A stretch of DNA of 64,000 nucleotides, filler included, from Candidatus Hydrogenedentota bacterium (GCA_040752395.1; 7 parts of 7 records of this genome joined end to end with filler, not necessarily neighbours in it), one strand, 5' to 3'; counted from the first letter of the whole stretch, positions 38,476 through 48,293 are shown. The notes: generated from the letters alone by a model not told the origin. Translations and numbers: made by a program.

Positions 38476-39108
38476 ATGAAAAGAGTTATAACATTAATTG
38501 GATTTATATTTTTATATTCTCAAATCTGTTATGGGGTATCTTTATGGGAGCCACGCGGTTCGCTATTTACTGAATTAAAAGAAAGAAATGTGGGTGATGT
38601 TATCACGATAATTGTTACTGAGCGTGCTGATGCTCAGCATAAATCTAATGATGAATTTGATAAAGAGGTAAAACTCGATGTCAAACCAAGTTCAACAGCT
38701 ACTACAGCTGCAACGACAACTACCACAACAACCACTAAAGCGACTAATGTCTTAGCTTCACTCCCTATACTCGGTCTTTTATTCGATGATGAATACAAAA
38801 AAGACCATCAGTCTCAGCGTAATTCAATGTTAAGAGCTACTATAACAGCTAAGATTACAAAGATTTATCCAAATGGTAATATCGCTATCGAAGGGAAGAA
38901 AAACATAAAAATCAACAGTGAGCTGCAGGAGTTGACAATAACAGGTATTATACGACCTGAAGACATAGCCAAAGATAATACTGTAGCCTCAACAAGGATA
39001 GCTGATGCCAACATAGTTTATTCAGGCGGCATATCGTTTGCCAAGGATCCATCCAAAAGAAACATATTCGAGAAGGTCTTTGCTAAAATCTTTGATTTTT
39101 TATTTTAA
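38476..39108 (+). CDS. flgH: Flagellar L-ring protein
   Basis: SLW, VGDVITI, PNGNIAIEG, GIIRPEDI..DNTVAS..IADA. Confidence 0.85.
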   Translation: MKRVITLIGFIFLYSQICYGVSLWEPRGSLFTELKERNVGDVITIIVTERADAQHKSNDEFDKEVKLDVKPSSTATTAATTTTTTTTKATNVLASLPILGLLFDDEYKKDHQSQRNSMLRATITAKITKIYPNGNIAIEGKKNIKINSELQELTITGIIRPEDIAKDNTVASTRIADANIVYSGGISFAKDPSKRNIFEKVFAKIFDFLF

Positions 39109-39109
39109 G

Positions 39110-39315
39110 AGTCCAGGTTATTATCGATATACGCCGAGACTTAAAATTTATCGACAGAGACATACTATATAAAATAGTATGTTTTGGATATATTTAGTAA
39201 GATTTTGAAGAAACGCAAAGGACTTTTAAATGGTTAAAAATATATCTGAAATAAAAAAAAATAGCCAGAGAATACAAAAAAGAGTTAGAGCGTCATAATA
39301 TTCGGTATGGATAAG
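39110..39315 (+). pseudogene. Possible HEPN-MNT toxin-antitoxin remnant
   Basis: EETQRTFKWLKIYLK* (HEPN-like end) overlapping ATG 39230 MVKNISEIKK, frameshifting in an A-run to IAREYKKELERHNIR (MNT-like start). Confidence 0.4.
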
Positions 39316-39381
39316 TGTTAGCTACCAGTTGGGGCTAACGTCTGAATAAGTAAAAAAAATAAAAAAAAATTAAAAAAATAT

Positions 39382-39444
39382 TTGACAGAGAAGGGGAAAA
39401 AATGCAATATTCCGAAAAGTGGAGGTAAGTGGAGCAAAGTGGAA
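39382..39444 (+). promoter_or_regulatory. dcw promoter and MraZ binding boxes
   Basis: TTGACA-N17-CAATAT, then AAGTGGA three times at 10-bp period (GTGGA at 39419, 39429, 39439). Confidence 0.75.
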
Positions 39445-39894
39445 GAAAAGATTTTTTTTGCCGGAGAGAACGAACAAACCATAGATGATAAAAATAGAAT
39501 CATACTACCAGCTAAATACAGAAGACAATTAGGTAAGAAAATGATGCTTACCAAAGGACTCGAAAAATGTTTATATATCTTCCCCAAAAACCAATGGGAA
39601 AACTTCCTCGAAAACTTAATAAATAAATACGGAGAAATGCTAAAAGATGCAAGATTACTCAGAAGATATTTTGCCGCTAATTCAGAAATCTTAAAAATAG
39701 ATTCACAAAATAGAATCCTTATACCAAAAAAATATAAAGAATTTGCAAACATTAAAAAAGTTATAGTCATCGCAGGTATCTTAAACAGGGTAGAGGTCTG
39801 GGCAAAAGATGAATGGGAAAAAGAAATGGAATTAAGTGAGAAAAAAGCTGTCTCAGCCGCTGAAGCCCTCGGCAAGAATGACTATACAGTATAA
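39439..39894 (+). CDS. mraZ: Transcriptional regulator MraZ
   Basis: IDDKNRIILPAKYR and IDSQNRILIP repeats, EVW; start uncertain, GTG 39439 chosen. Confidence 0.9.
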   Translation: MEEKIFFAGENEQTIDDKNRIILPAKYRRQLGKKMMLTKGLEKCLYIFPKNQWENFLENLINKYGEMLKDARLLRRYFAANSEILKIDSQNRILIPKKYKEFANIKKVIVIAGILNRVEVWAKDEWEKEMELSEKKAVSAAEALGKNDYTV

Positions 39895-39900
39895 AGTGAG

Positions 39901-40806
39901 ATGAGTTTAGCAAACGAACACCACATCCCGGTTATGAAGGATGAGGTGGTAAAGTTTTTAGTATATAATGCCGAAGGTATAATTGTAGATTCTACCCTCG
40001 GTGCAGGTGGGCATACTAAAGCAATATTAGAATCAGGGTTTAGAGGAAAGGTTATTGGTCTTGATTGGGACCCTGACGCTATTTTGATAGCTAATCGTGT
40101 TCTTTCAAAATATAAAGAATCAGTATCTCTGCACCAATGGAACTATACACGGGTGAACGATTTACTTGATGAGCTTGGTATTAAATCTGTTAATGGTTTT
40201 CTTTTTGATCTCGGTATCTCTTCTATGCAGATCGAAGACCCGGAGAGAGGATTTTCATATCGTAAAGATAGCGACCTCGATATGAGAATGAGCAAAGTTG
40301 GTCGAAGCGCAAAAGATTTTCTGAATCAAGCCTCGTTTGATGAACTGGTCTTTGTCTTTACTGAATTTGGAGAGGAGCGATTTTCAAAAAGGATAGCTAA
40401 AAAAGTTATTGATTTTCGAAAAAATGTAAAGAGAGTTGAAACAACCGGCGAGTTAAACAGGATTATCTTGAGTTGCTATGGAATTTATGGCCGCAGGTTA
40501 AAAAAGCATCCTTCGAGTCGCATCTTTCAGGCTATAAGAATTTATCTGAATAACGAGATAGAGAATCTTAAAAAGGGTTTAGCCGAAGCTTTTAGACTCT
40601 TAAAAAAGAATGGAAGGCTCGTCGTCATTTCTTATCATTCGTTAGAGGACAGAGTTGTAAAAGAGTTTATAAAAGAGAAAAAGAAAGAAATATTTTCTCT
40701 TACAAAAAAAGTGGTGGTACCTGCAAAGGATGAAATCGTAATTAATCCCAGGGCAAGGTCAGCGAAATTAAGGGCTATAGAAAAAGCTGCTGGAGGGACG
40801 GTATGA
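39901..40806 (+). CDS. rsmH: 16S rRNA m4C1402 methyltransferase
   Basis: HIPVM, TLGAGGH, DLGISS, LDMRM, ISYHSLEDR, NPRARSAKLR. Confidence 0.97.
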   Translation: MSLANEHHIPVMKDEVVKFLVYNAEGIIVDSTLGAGGHTKAILESGFRGKVIGLDWDPDAILIANRVLSKYKESVSLHQWNYTRVNDLLDELGIKSVNGFLFDLGISSMQIEDPERGFSYRKDSDLDMRMSKVGRSAKDFLNQASFDELVFVFTEFGEERFSKRIAKKVIDFRKNVKRVETTGELNRIILSCYGIYGRRLKKHPSSRIFQAIRIYLNNEIENLKKGLAEAFRLLKKNGRLVVISYHSLEDRVVKEFIKEKKKEIFSLTKKVVVPAKDEIVINPRARSAKLRAIEKAAGGTV

Positions 40807-40812
40807 GGTGGA

Positions 40813-41205
40813 TTGAATTTGAGTTCAAGAACAGATATTTTCAAACCAGAGAGAATACTTAATCTTGAGACTCTCACGCATAATCAAAGAACGCAGATAC
40901 GTTTTTTGGTTAAATATATCAGGATATTAGCTGCTATTGCGATTGTGCTTTTTACAATTGTTTTTATAAAGAATTACACATTGAAAGTAAGATTCAAAAA
41001 AGGTCAATTAGAATTAAAGAGAGATGAATTACTTGAGGAGAACAGGAAATTGATGATAAAATATTCGGCTGTGACTGACCCTGTAAGGATTGAGAAAATA
41101 GCGCGTGAGAAATTGGGGATGGTGCTTCCGGATAGAAAAAACATACATCTAATGCAAATATATGAAGATATAAGTGAGGTTCCAGAGAAGCTTGCAAAAA
41201 AATAG
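40813..41205 (+). CDS. ftsL: Cell division protein FtsL
   Basis: TM, coiled coil, RIEKIAREKLGM; position after rsmH. Confidence 0.8.
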   Translation: MNLSSRTDIFKPERILNLETLTHNQRTQIRFLVKYIRILAAIAIVLFTIVFIKNYTLKVRFKKGQLELKRDELLEENRKLMIKYSAVTDPVRIEKIAREKLGMVLPDRKNIHLMQIYEDISEVPEKLAKK

Positions 41206-41220
41206 GGAACAGGGCTTGGG

Positions 41221-42687
41221 TTGAAAGTTGTGAAGCGGTTAAACGAACTTTTAGAAGGTATAGAATACAAGGTCTTATCAGGTGACCCGGTTAACACACT
41301 AATAAACGAAGTAACAAATGATTCAAGGGCTATAACACCTGGTGCGCTCTTTATCTGTATTCAGGGAGAGAAAGCCGATGGCCACCGGTTTGCCGGTGAC
41401 GCGGTGCAACAGGGTGCAAAAGCTCTAATTGTTGAAAAAAAAGTAGACGTCGCAGAAAACATCACACAAATACTCACAGCAAACACACGCAGCATACTAC
41501 CAGTTATTGCAGCACGATTCTTCGAAGAACCGACAAAGCATTTAAAAGTAGCAGGCATCACAGGAACAAATGGTAAAACAACCACAGCCTTCGCACTCCA
41601 GAAGATCCTACAGACTTCAGGAGTGCGAACCGGGTTACTTGGGACCATCGGTTATTATCTTCCTTCTGGTTGCAAAAAACCTTTTCTTACAACACCAGAT
41701 GCAATAGAATTACAGAGATATTTTAAGATATTCAGAGACAATGGTTATCAATCAGTGGTGGTTGAGGTTTCATCCCATTCACTTGCTCTTATGCGCGTTG
41801 AATCTGTCAGATTTGATAAAGTTGTGTTTACAAATTTATCCAGAGACCATCTTGATTTTCACAAGAATATGGAAGATTATTTTAGTGCCAAAAAAAGGTT
41901 ATTTGACCTTGTAAAGACAGAGAACAGATACGCCGGTGTTGTGAATAATGACGACGAGTATGGTAGAAGATTAAAAAAAGATGGAATCCTTTCTTATGGC
42001 CTGACTGAATCTTCAGAAGTAAAAGCAGAAAATATACGATTGGGTTTAAATAAAACTGAGTTCTCTATCATCTTCCCTGATAAAAATAGTATTGATATCT
42101 CTACTGAATTACTTGGTTATCCAGCTGTGTATAATCTGTTATGCGCAGCCTCCTGTACATATACTATGGGTATTAATCAGGAGATTATCAGGAAAGCCCT
42201 GTTAGAATTTGAAACGCCGCCAGGCAGGTTACAAAATGTGACACCACAAAAAGAATTTTCAGTAATAATAGATTATGCTCATACACCGGATGGGTTGAAA
42301 ACGGTTTTATCCTCAATCAAGGCTATGAACCCCAATCGTATCATAACGCTTTTTGGTTGTGGGGGTGATAGAGACAGGGGCAAGAGGCCATTAATGGCAA
42401 AGGAGGTAGAAGAGTATAGTGATATAATAATTGTGACGAGTGATAATCCAAGGACAGAGGACCCGGAGAAAATTATTGAAGATATATTTAAAGGGTTTAC
42501 AAAACCTGATATTGTTATTAAAATTACTGATAGGAGAGAGGCTATTAATAAAGGTTTACAATTATTAAAAAAAGGAGATATTTTTCTTATAGCAGGCAAA
42601 GGCCACGAGGATTATCAAATCATAGGAACTGAAAGGATACCTTTTAACGACAGAGAGATTGTTATGCAACATTTTGGCAGGACATAG
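41221..42687 (+). CDS. murE: UDP-MurNAc-dipeptide--DAP ligase
   Basis: GITGTNGKTT, TTPDA, EVSSH, DYAHTPD, SDNPR (DAP-type), AGKGHE. Confidence 0.96.
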   Translation: MKVVKRLNELLEGIEYKVLSGDPVNTLINEVTNDSRAITPGALFICIQGEKADGHRFAGDAVQQGAKALIVEKKVDVAENITQILTANTRSILPVIAARFFEEPTKHLKVAGITGTNGKTTTAFALQKILQTSGVRTGLLGTIGYYLPSGCKKPFLTTPDAIELQRYFKIFRDNGYQSVVVEVSSHSLALMRVESVRFDKVVFTNLSRDHLDFHKNMEDYFSAKKRLFDLVKTENRYAGVVNNDDEYGRRLKKDGILSYGLTESSEVKAENIRLGLNKTEFSIIFPDKNSIDISTELLGYPAVYNLLCAASCTYTMGINQEIIRKALLEFETPPGRLQNVTPQKEFSVIIDYAHTPDGLKTVLSSIKAMNPNRIITLFGCGGDRDRGKRPLMAKEVEEYSDIIIVTSDNPRTEDPEKIIEDIFKGFTKPDIVIKITDRREAINKGLQLLKKGDIFLIAGKGHEDYQIIGTERIPFNDREIVMQHFGRT

Positions 42688-42695
42688 GTAAACCG

Positions 42696-44087
42696 ATGGA
42701 ACAAAAGAAGATTGAAGAATTATTAACTAAAGAATTTAAAATAGTTCAAGGCAGTGGTAGTAAAATAATAAGTAATATCTCAACTGATAGCCGCTCCATT
42801 TCATATAATGAGATGTTTGTTGCATTAAAAGGTGAATACTTTGATGGTCATAATTTTATAGAGGATGCTGTTAAAAAGGGTGCAGCTGCTTTACTTGTAA
42901 GTAATCAATATGAAGTACCAGAATGGTTAGCAAGACATGAGGATATAACGGTTGTCAAGATATTTGATACTCTTTATGGTCTTGGCGAGCTCGCGAGGGT
43001 TTATCGAGCAGGGTTTCAGATACCGGCAGTTGGTATTACTGGCTCTAATGGTAAGACATCAACAAAAGATATGCTTGCTGCTATTTTATCACAGAAAGAA
43101 CCAATCACAAAAACCATTGGAAATCTAAATAATTTAGTGGGGGTTCCACTTACCCTTTTCAGAATCAGCTATGAGACTGGTTTTATTGTTGCAGAGATGG
43201 GGATGAGTCAACTGGGTGAGATAAAAAGATTAACTGAGATCCTTAATCCCGATGTCGGTATAGTCACAAATATTGGTGAAAGCCATCTTGAATTTTTAGG
43301 TGATGTTTTAACTGTAGCCAGAGGCAAAAAAGAGATGATTGAGATGATGGCTGAGAAAGATACAATTATTGTTAATGCAGACGATGTATTCCTTGACACA
43401 TTGATCTTGGGATTTAAAGGTAAAGTTATAACTTTCGGGATCAACAGTGAAGCTAATTTCAGGGGAGAGAATATAAAATTAAGCAAAGAATCAACTGAAT
43501 TTACTGTTAATGGATTGAGGATAAATCTGAAAATAGCAGGATATCATTTTGTCTATAATGCCTTAAGTGCGATAGCAGCAGCAAAACACTTTGGTATAAC
43601 TGATAATCAGATAAAGGAGGCATTAGATAATATTAAGCTATCACCGATGAGAATGGAGCTCATTGCAGCAAAACAATATCTGATTATTAATGATTCATAT
43701 AATGCAAACCCACGTTCTATGAGAGCTGCCCTGAGAACTTTTTATGACATACCGCTTGAGGGCAGACGGGTTCTTATACTTGGTGATATGCTTGAATTAG
43801 GGCCTCAATGCATCGATTTACATATTGAGCTCGGCAAAGAGATTGATAAAGAAAAGATAGATTTACTTATTACTTATGGTGGGCTTGCATCCTTTATTAT
43901 TGAGGGAGCGATAGAATCAGGGTTTGATAAAAGCAAAATAAGAGCCTTCAAAGATAAGGAGGAGTGTATAAATTATTTAAAGAATGTATTAAAGGAGGGT
44001 GACAATATACTTGTAAAAGGCTCACGCGGTATGAAAATGGAAGAGATAATTGATGGGATAGCAGGGTCAGGTGGTAGGGAGATGTAA
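42696..44087 (+). CDS. murF: UDP-MurNAc-tripeptide--D-Ala-D-Ala ligase
   Basis: TGSNGKT, EMGMS, DSYNANP, GDMLELG, KGSRG. Confidence 0.96.
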   Translation: MEQKKIEELLTKEFKIVQGSGSKIISNISTDSRSISYNEMFVALKGEYFDGHNFIEDAVKKGAAALLVSNQYEVPEWLARHEDITVVKIFDTLYGLGELARVYRAGFQIPAVGITGSNGKTSTKDMLAAILSQKEPITKTIGNLNNLVGVPLTLFRISYETGFIVAEMGMSQLGEIKRLTEILNPDVGIVTNIGESHLEFLGDVLTVARGKKEMIEMMAEKDTIIVNADDVFLDTLILGFKGKVITFGINSEANFRGENIKLSKESTEFTVNGLRINLKIAGYHFVYNALSAIAAAKHFGITDNQIKEALDNIKLSPMRMELIAAKQYLIINDSYNANPRSMRAALRTFYDIPLEGRRVLILGDMLELGPQCIDLHIELGKEIDKEKIDLLITYGGLASFIIEGAIESGFDKSKIRAFKDKEECINYLKNVLKEGDNILVKGSRGMKMEEIIDGIAGSGGREM

Positions 44088-44088
44088 T

Positions 44089-45213
44089 ATGTTTTATCAT
44101 TTAGTTTACAAATTATCTGTATATTTTTCACCATTTAATGTTTTTAAATACATAACATTCAGGACTGCGTATGCTGCTATTACAGCGTTTTTGTTCTGTC
44201 TTATAGTAGGACCTTATTTTATCAAAAAATTGAAAGAGATGAAGATACAGCATCAACGGGGTGAAGAAAAATTAGACCATCATCTTGACAAAGTAGGAAC
44301 ACCGACTATGGGTGGTGCGCTTATTTTAGGTGCTATATTTTTTTCAATGATACTCTGGGGAAATTTTGCAAATGTTTATGTCTGGATAGTTCTCATTGTT
44401 TCTCTATTACTCGGCATTGTGGGTTTTGTTGATGATTATCTTAAATGGACGTATGCTGATTCAAAAGGACTCAAAGCACATTATAAATTTTTAGCCCAGA
44501 TAGTTATTGCTACTGGAGTAGCAGCTTATTTATACATTTATCCTATCAAGGGATTAAATCTATGGAGTCCGGAAAGATTTATTGATATGAAGTTTGGTTA
44601 TTGTTTAACAGCCCCGTTTCTGAAAAATTTTGTAGTCTATCTTGGAGTATTTTATATCCCCTTTGTAGTTCTTGTTATAGTAGGTTCTTCGAATGCCGTG
44701 AATCTTACAGATGGTCTTGATGGTCTTGCGATAGGATGTGTTATTTTTACAGCTTTAGCTCTTTCTGTCTTTACGTATCTTACAGGACATTTTAAGTTCT
44801 CGCAATATTTGAATTTAAATTTTATACGAGAGAGTTCGGAGCTTACTGTTTTTTTAGGTGCAATGATAGGTGCAGGGATGGGGTTCTTATGGTTTAATGC
44901 ACACCCGGCTTCTATATTTATGGGTGATACCGGCTCATTATCACTCGGCGGAGTTATAGGGACCATCGTAGTCCTTATAAAACAGGAGATTGTCTTACTG
45001 ATCATAGGTGGGATATTTGTGATAGAGGCTTTATCGGTTATTCTTCAGGTGGCATATTTTAAAATAACCGGTGGAAAAAGATTATTTATGATGTCACCCA
45101 TACACCATCATTTCGAATTAAAGGGATTACATGAGTCAAAAATTATCGTAAGATTCTGGATAGTTGCAATATTATTAGCATTAATAGGACTCAGTACAAT
45201 TAAATTACGTTAA
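44089..45213 (+). CDS. mraY: Phospho-MurNAc-pentapeptide transferase
   Basis: GTPTMGG, NAVNLTDGLDGL, FMGDTGS, PIHHHFE; start moved to ATG 44089. Confidence 0.97.
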   Translation: MFYHLVYKLSVYFSPFNVFKYITFRTAYAAITAFLFCLIVGPYFIKKLKEMKIQHQRGEEKLDHHLDKVGTPTMGGALILGAIFFSMILWGNFANVYVWIVLIVSLLLGIVGFVDDYLKWTYADSKGLKAHYKFLAQIVIATGVAAYLYIYPIKGLNLWSPERFIDMKFGYCLTAPFLKNFVVYLGVFYIPFVVLVIVGSSNAVNLTDGLDGLAIGCVIFTALALSVFTYLTGHFKFSQYLNLNFIRESSELTVFLGAMIGAGMGFLWFNAHPASIFMGDTGSLSLGGVIGTIVVLIKQEIVLLIIGGIFVIEALSVILQVAYFKITGGKRLFMMSPIHHHFELKGLHESKIIVRFWIVAILLALIGLSTIKLR

Positions 45214-45219
45214 AGAACA

Positions 45220-46626
45220 ATGAAACTAAACAAGGTAAAAAACGTAGCAGTAATCGGCGCAGGTCAAACAGGCATTGATATCAGCACATACCTTGTTAAG
45301 AATAATATAAATGTTTTGTTGAGTGAGGCTAATAAAGACGTAATTATAAACCCGAGATTAATAAAGAACAGTTATTTTAGATATGAGATTGGTAAAAATA
45401 GTGAGAAATGTCTTGAGAGTGATCTGATTATACCTTCACCCGGGGTAAGCCCGGCTAACAAAATTTTAATAAAAGCAAAAAAGAATGACCTGCCTGTTTT
45501 ATCAGAGATTGAGTTTGCGTTTTTAAAATATACTGAAAAGAGGACATACAAAAACATAGTTGCGGTCACAGGAACAAACGGTAAAACAAGCACAGTGCAG
45601 ATGATAGAATTTATATTAAATAAATCAGGTATCAAAGCAGTTGCTTGTGGAAACATTGGAGACCCATTTATCAATTACGTTAATTACAAAGGTATAATTG
45701 TTCTTGAAGTCTCAAGTTTTCAACTTCATTACTCGTTTAAGTTTAGACCTTATATCTCGGTACTTTTAAATATAGATGAAGACCACATCGAGTGGCATAA
45801 AACTTTTCAAAACTACATAGAAGCCAAAAGGAAATTATTTAAAAATCAGAACCCAAAAGACAGAATGGTCTTAAATTTCGATGATAAAAGGGTATTAGAC
45901 CTAACAAAGGGTATACGAGTTAGAAAATATTATTTTTCGCAAACTCCTCTTCCACTTTGCAAGAACGAGTTTGATACCGCAACATACGAGTTTGAAAATG
46001 GATTAATCCTCAAAGATAAAAAGATTATTCATATTATAAATTATAAAAAGTATAACGAATATGAATTCAATATATCAGGGATACAAGGTATATTTAGAAA
46101 GAATGCTTTAGCTTCACTTCTGGTATGTCAGATACTGGGGATTGATGTACCAACCGGTATAAAAAAATTATCTGATTTTTCTGTAGGGGACCATAGACTT
46201 GAGACATTTTACAGGAATAATGGGATTACTTATATAAATGATTCAAAATCAACAAATCCTCTATCTGTTATAGCTGCAATTGATAGTATGAATGATAAGT
46301 TTGTATTAGTCATTGGAGGATATGAAAAGGGGCTCGACTACAAAAATGTAAAAAATAGAATAAAAAATTCATTATGTGTTGGTTTAATTCTTTATGGTCC
46401 GCTCGGAAAAAGAATTCACAAAGAATTCAGCAAAGATTTATCAATTAAGACTATACTTGTAAATAGAATAGATGATACAATTGAAGCAGGAGTAGAGATA
46501 TTAGATGGCAGCGGTATATTTCTCTTTTCCCCTGGAACCTCGAGTTTCGATTCTTTTGATAATTATAAAGAACGAGGGGACTATTTTAAAAGGAGAGTCA
46601 GAGAATGGTTAAAGACGAAGAAGTAA
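45220..46626 (+). CDS. murD: UDP-MurNAc-L-Ala--D-Glu ligase
   Basis: SPGV, VTGTNGKT, EVSSFQL, HRLE, NDSKSTN, SFDSF.NYKERG. Confidence 0.95.
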   Translation: MKLNKVKNVAVIGAGQTGIDISTYLVKNNINVLLSEANKDVIINPRLIKNSYFRYEIGKNSEKCLESDLIIPSPGVSPANKILIKAKKNDLPVLSEIEFAFLKYTEKRTYKNIVAVTGTNGKTSTVQMIEFILNKSGIKAVACGNIGDPFINYVNYKGIIVLEVSSFQLHYSFKFRPYISVLLNIDEDHIEWHKTFQNYIEAKRKLFKNQNPKDRMVLNFDDKRVLDLTKGIRVRKYYFSQTPLPLCKNEFDTATYEFENGLILKDKKIIHIINYKKYNEYEFNISGIQGIFRKNALASLLVCQILGIDVPTGIKKLSDFSVGDHRLETFYRNNGITYINDSKSTNPLSVIAAIDSMNDKFVLVIGGYEKGLDYKNVKNRIKNSLCVGLILYGPLGKRIHKEFSKDLSIKTILVNRIDDTIEAGVEILDGSGIFLFSPGTSSFDSFDNYKERGDYFKRRVREWLKTKK

Positions 46627-47729
46627 AACCAATAAGAAAAAGAGCAAAGAATTTACCCGATATAATGTTTTTTTCAGCTGCGATAACTTTATCAGTAATA
46701 GGTTTTATAAGTGTCTCAAGTGCATCAGCAGCAGAGGGTTATAGATTGTTTCACAATGTTTTTTATTTTACTATAAGGCATATTATCTTTCTTATTACAG
46801 GTATCTTAGCCTTAATAATTTTTACTTATTTTAATTACCGGGCATTAAAAAAGATTAGTTTACCAATGCTTATTTTATCAACTATTTTGTTAGGTATTGT
46901 TCTTATACCTCAATTCGGGAGTCTTGCAGGTGGGGCGAGAAGATGGTTTAGAATCGGACCATTATCATTTCAGCCAAGTGAGTTTGCAAGATTTGCGATT
47001 ATAATTTATCTCGGAGTGAAATTATCGTTATCTCAAAATAATGTCAGAGATTCGCTTGAGAACTTTTTAAAAGTCTGGTTATTACCCCTTGTATTATGTG
47101 TTCTTATAATACTCGAACCGCATTTTTCTATGAGTATTCTTTTAATTATTACCGTGGGAATATTTATTTTTATCTGTGGTGCAAAAATGTTACATCTGAT
47201 TTCTGTGGGTTTAATGTTTATTCCTGTAGCAATAGGATTAATAATAAAATATCCTTATAGAGCAAGGCGAATTCTTGCTTATCTTGACCCATTCACAGAC
47301 CCATCTGATAAAGGTTATCATATTATTCAATCATTAAAAGCAATAATAAAAGGTGGGTTCTTTGGTGTCGGGTTAGGAGAGGGTACACAAAAACTTGGCT
47401 ATTTGCCAGAACCACATACTGATTTTATTCTGGCAATCATCGCAGAGGAACTGGGTTTTATTGTAGTAGCTGTTATACTCTTATTATTTTTTATTATCGC
47501 CTGGCGCGGCTTTAAGATCGCTTCTCAAAGTTCTAATAAAAAGGGTAGTTTACTCGCCTCTGGACTTACATTATTTTTGGTTATACCTGCGATGATTAAC
47601 GTAGCTGTTATAACAGGATTGATACCATCAACTGGTATACCGTTGACTTATATAAGTTATGGTGGAACATCGCTTTTATTTGCCTTTATTGCGACAGGGA
47701 TAATATTGAACATCTCAAGACAATTGTAA
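46605..47729 (+). CDS. ftsW: SEDS peptidoglycan polymerase FtsW
   Basis: GARRW, FQPSEF, LPEPHTDFI, EELG, ISYGGTS. Confidence 0.93.
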   Translation: MVKDEEVKPIRKRAKNLPDIMFFSAAITLSVIGFISVSSASAAEGYRLFHNVFYFTIRHIIFLITGILALIIFTYFNYRALKKISLPMLILSTILLGIVLIPQFGSLAGGARRWFRIGPLSFQPSEFARFAIIIYLGVKLSLSQNNVRDSLENFLKVWLLPLVLCVLIILEPHFSMSILLIITVGIFIFICGAKMLHLISVGLMFIPVAIGLIIKYPYRARRILAYLDPFTDPSDKGYHIIQSLKAIIKGGFFGVGLGEGTQKLGYLPEPHTDFILAIIAEELGFIVVAVILLLFFIIAWRGFKIASQSSNKKGSLLASGLTLFLVIPAMINVAVITGLIPSTGIPLTYISYGGTSLLFAFIATGIILNISRQL

Positions 47730-47768
47730 TTAAGATAACGAAAGAAGCAAGAAGCAAGAAGCAAGATA
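47730..47768 (+). repeat. CAAGAAG heptamer module between ftsW and murG
   Basis: AAGATAACGAAAGAAGCAAGAAGCAAGAAGCAAGATA. Confidence 0.8.
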
Positions 47769-47777
47769 GAGGATAAA

Positions 47778-47881
47778 ATGATGCAGAACATAGTTTTTAC
47801 CTGTGGTGGCACAGGTGGACATATAATACCGGCGCTTACTTTAGCTTCTTTATTAAAGAAGAGTTTACCAATGTGGGGTTT
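47778..47881 (+). CDS. murG: MurG, 5' fragment
   Basis: MMQNIVFTCGGTGGHIIPAL; cut by contig end. Confidence 0.88.
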
Positions 47882-47981
47882 NNNNNNNNNNNNNNNNNNN
47901 NNNNNNNNNNNNNNNNNNNNNNNNNTTAATTAATTAANNNNNNNNNNNNNNNNNNNNNNNNNNNNNNNNNNNNNNNNNNNN
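47882..47981. other. Artificial contig linker
   Basis: N-TTAATTAATTAA-N. Confidence 0.99.
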
Positions 47982-48293
47982 AAGTAGAAGCAAGAAGCAA
48001 GATAACGGAAGAAGTGAGAGGTATCAGGACGGGCTACAGGCTACAGGCTACGGACTACAGCCGGCTGGAGCCAAAAGCCAAAAGTCTGCTGAAAAGTCTT
48101 GAGTCTTGAGTCTTGAGTCTCGAGTCCTGTTTTGACTCACGACTTGCGACTTGTGACTCTTTTCATACTTTGTGCCTCTGTGCCTCTGTGCCTTTCCCTT
48201 CTGTCTCCTGTCTCCTGTCTTCTTTCTGCCTTTGCCTGCCTGCCGCGGCGGAGTGCGGCGCAGGCAGGTGCCTCTGTGCCTGTGCCTTCGTGC
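47982..48293 (-). repeat. Modular element with extra TGTGCCTC and CTGTCTC arrays and a CCTGCCTGC palindrome
   Basis: Reverse complement of the standard modules to about 48167, then 8-mer and 7-mer arrays with CCTGCCTGC...GCAGGCAGG at 48235-48268. Confidence 0.9.
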
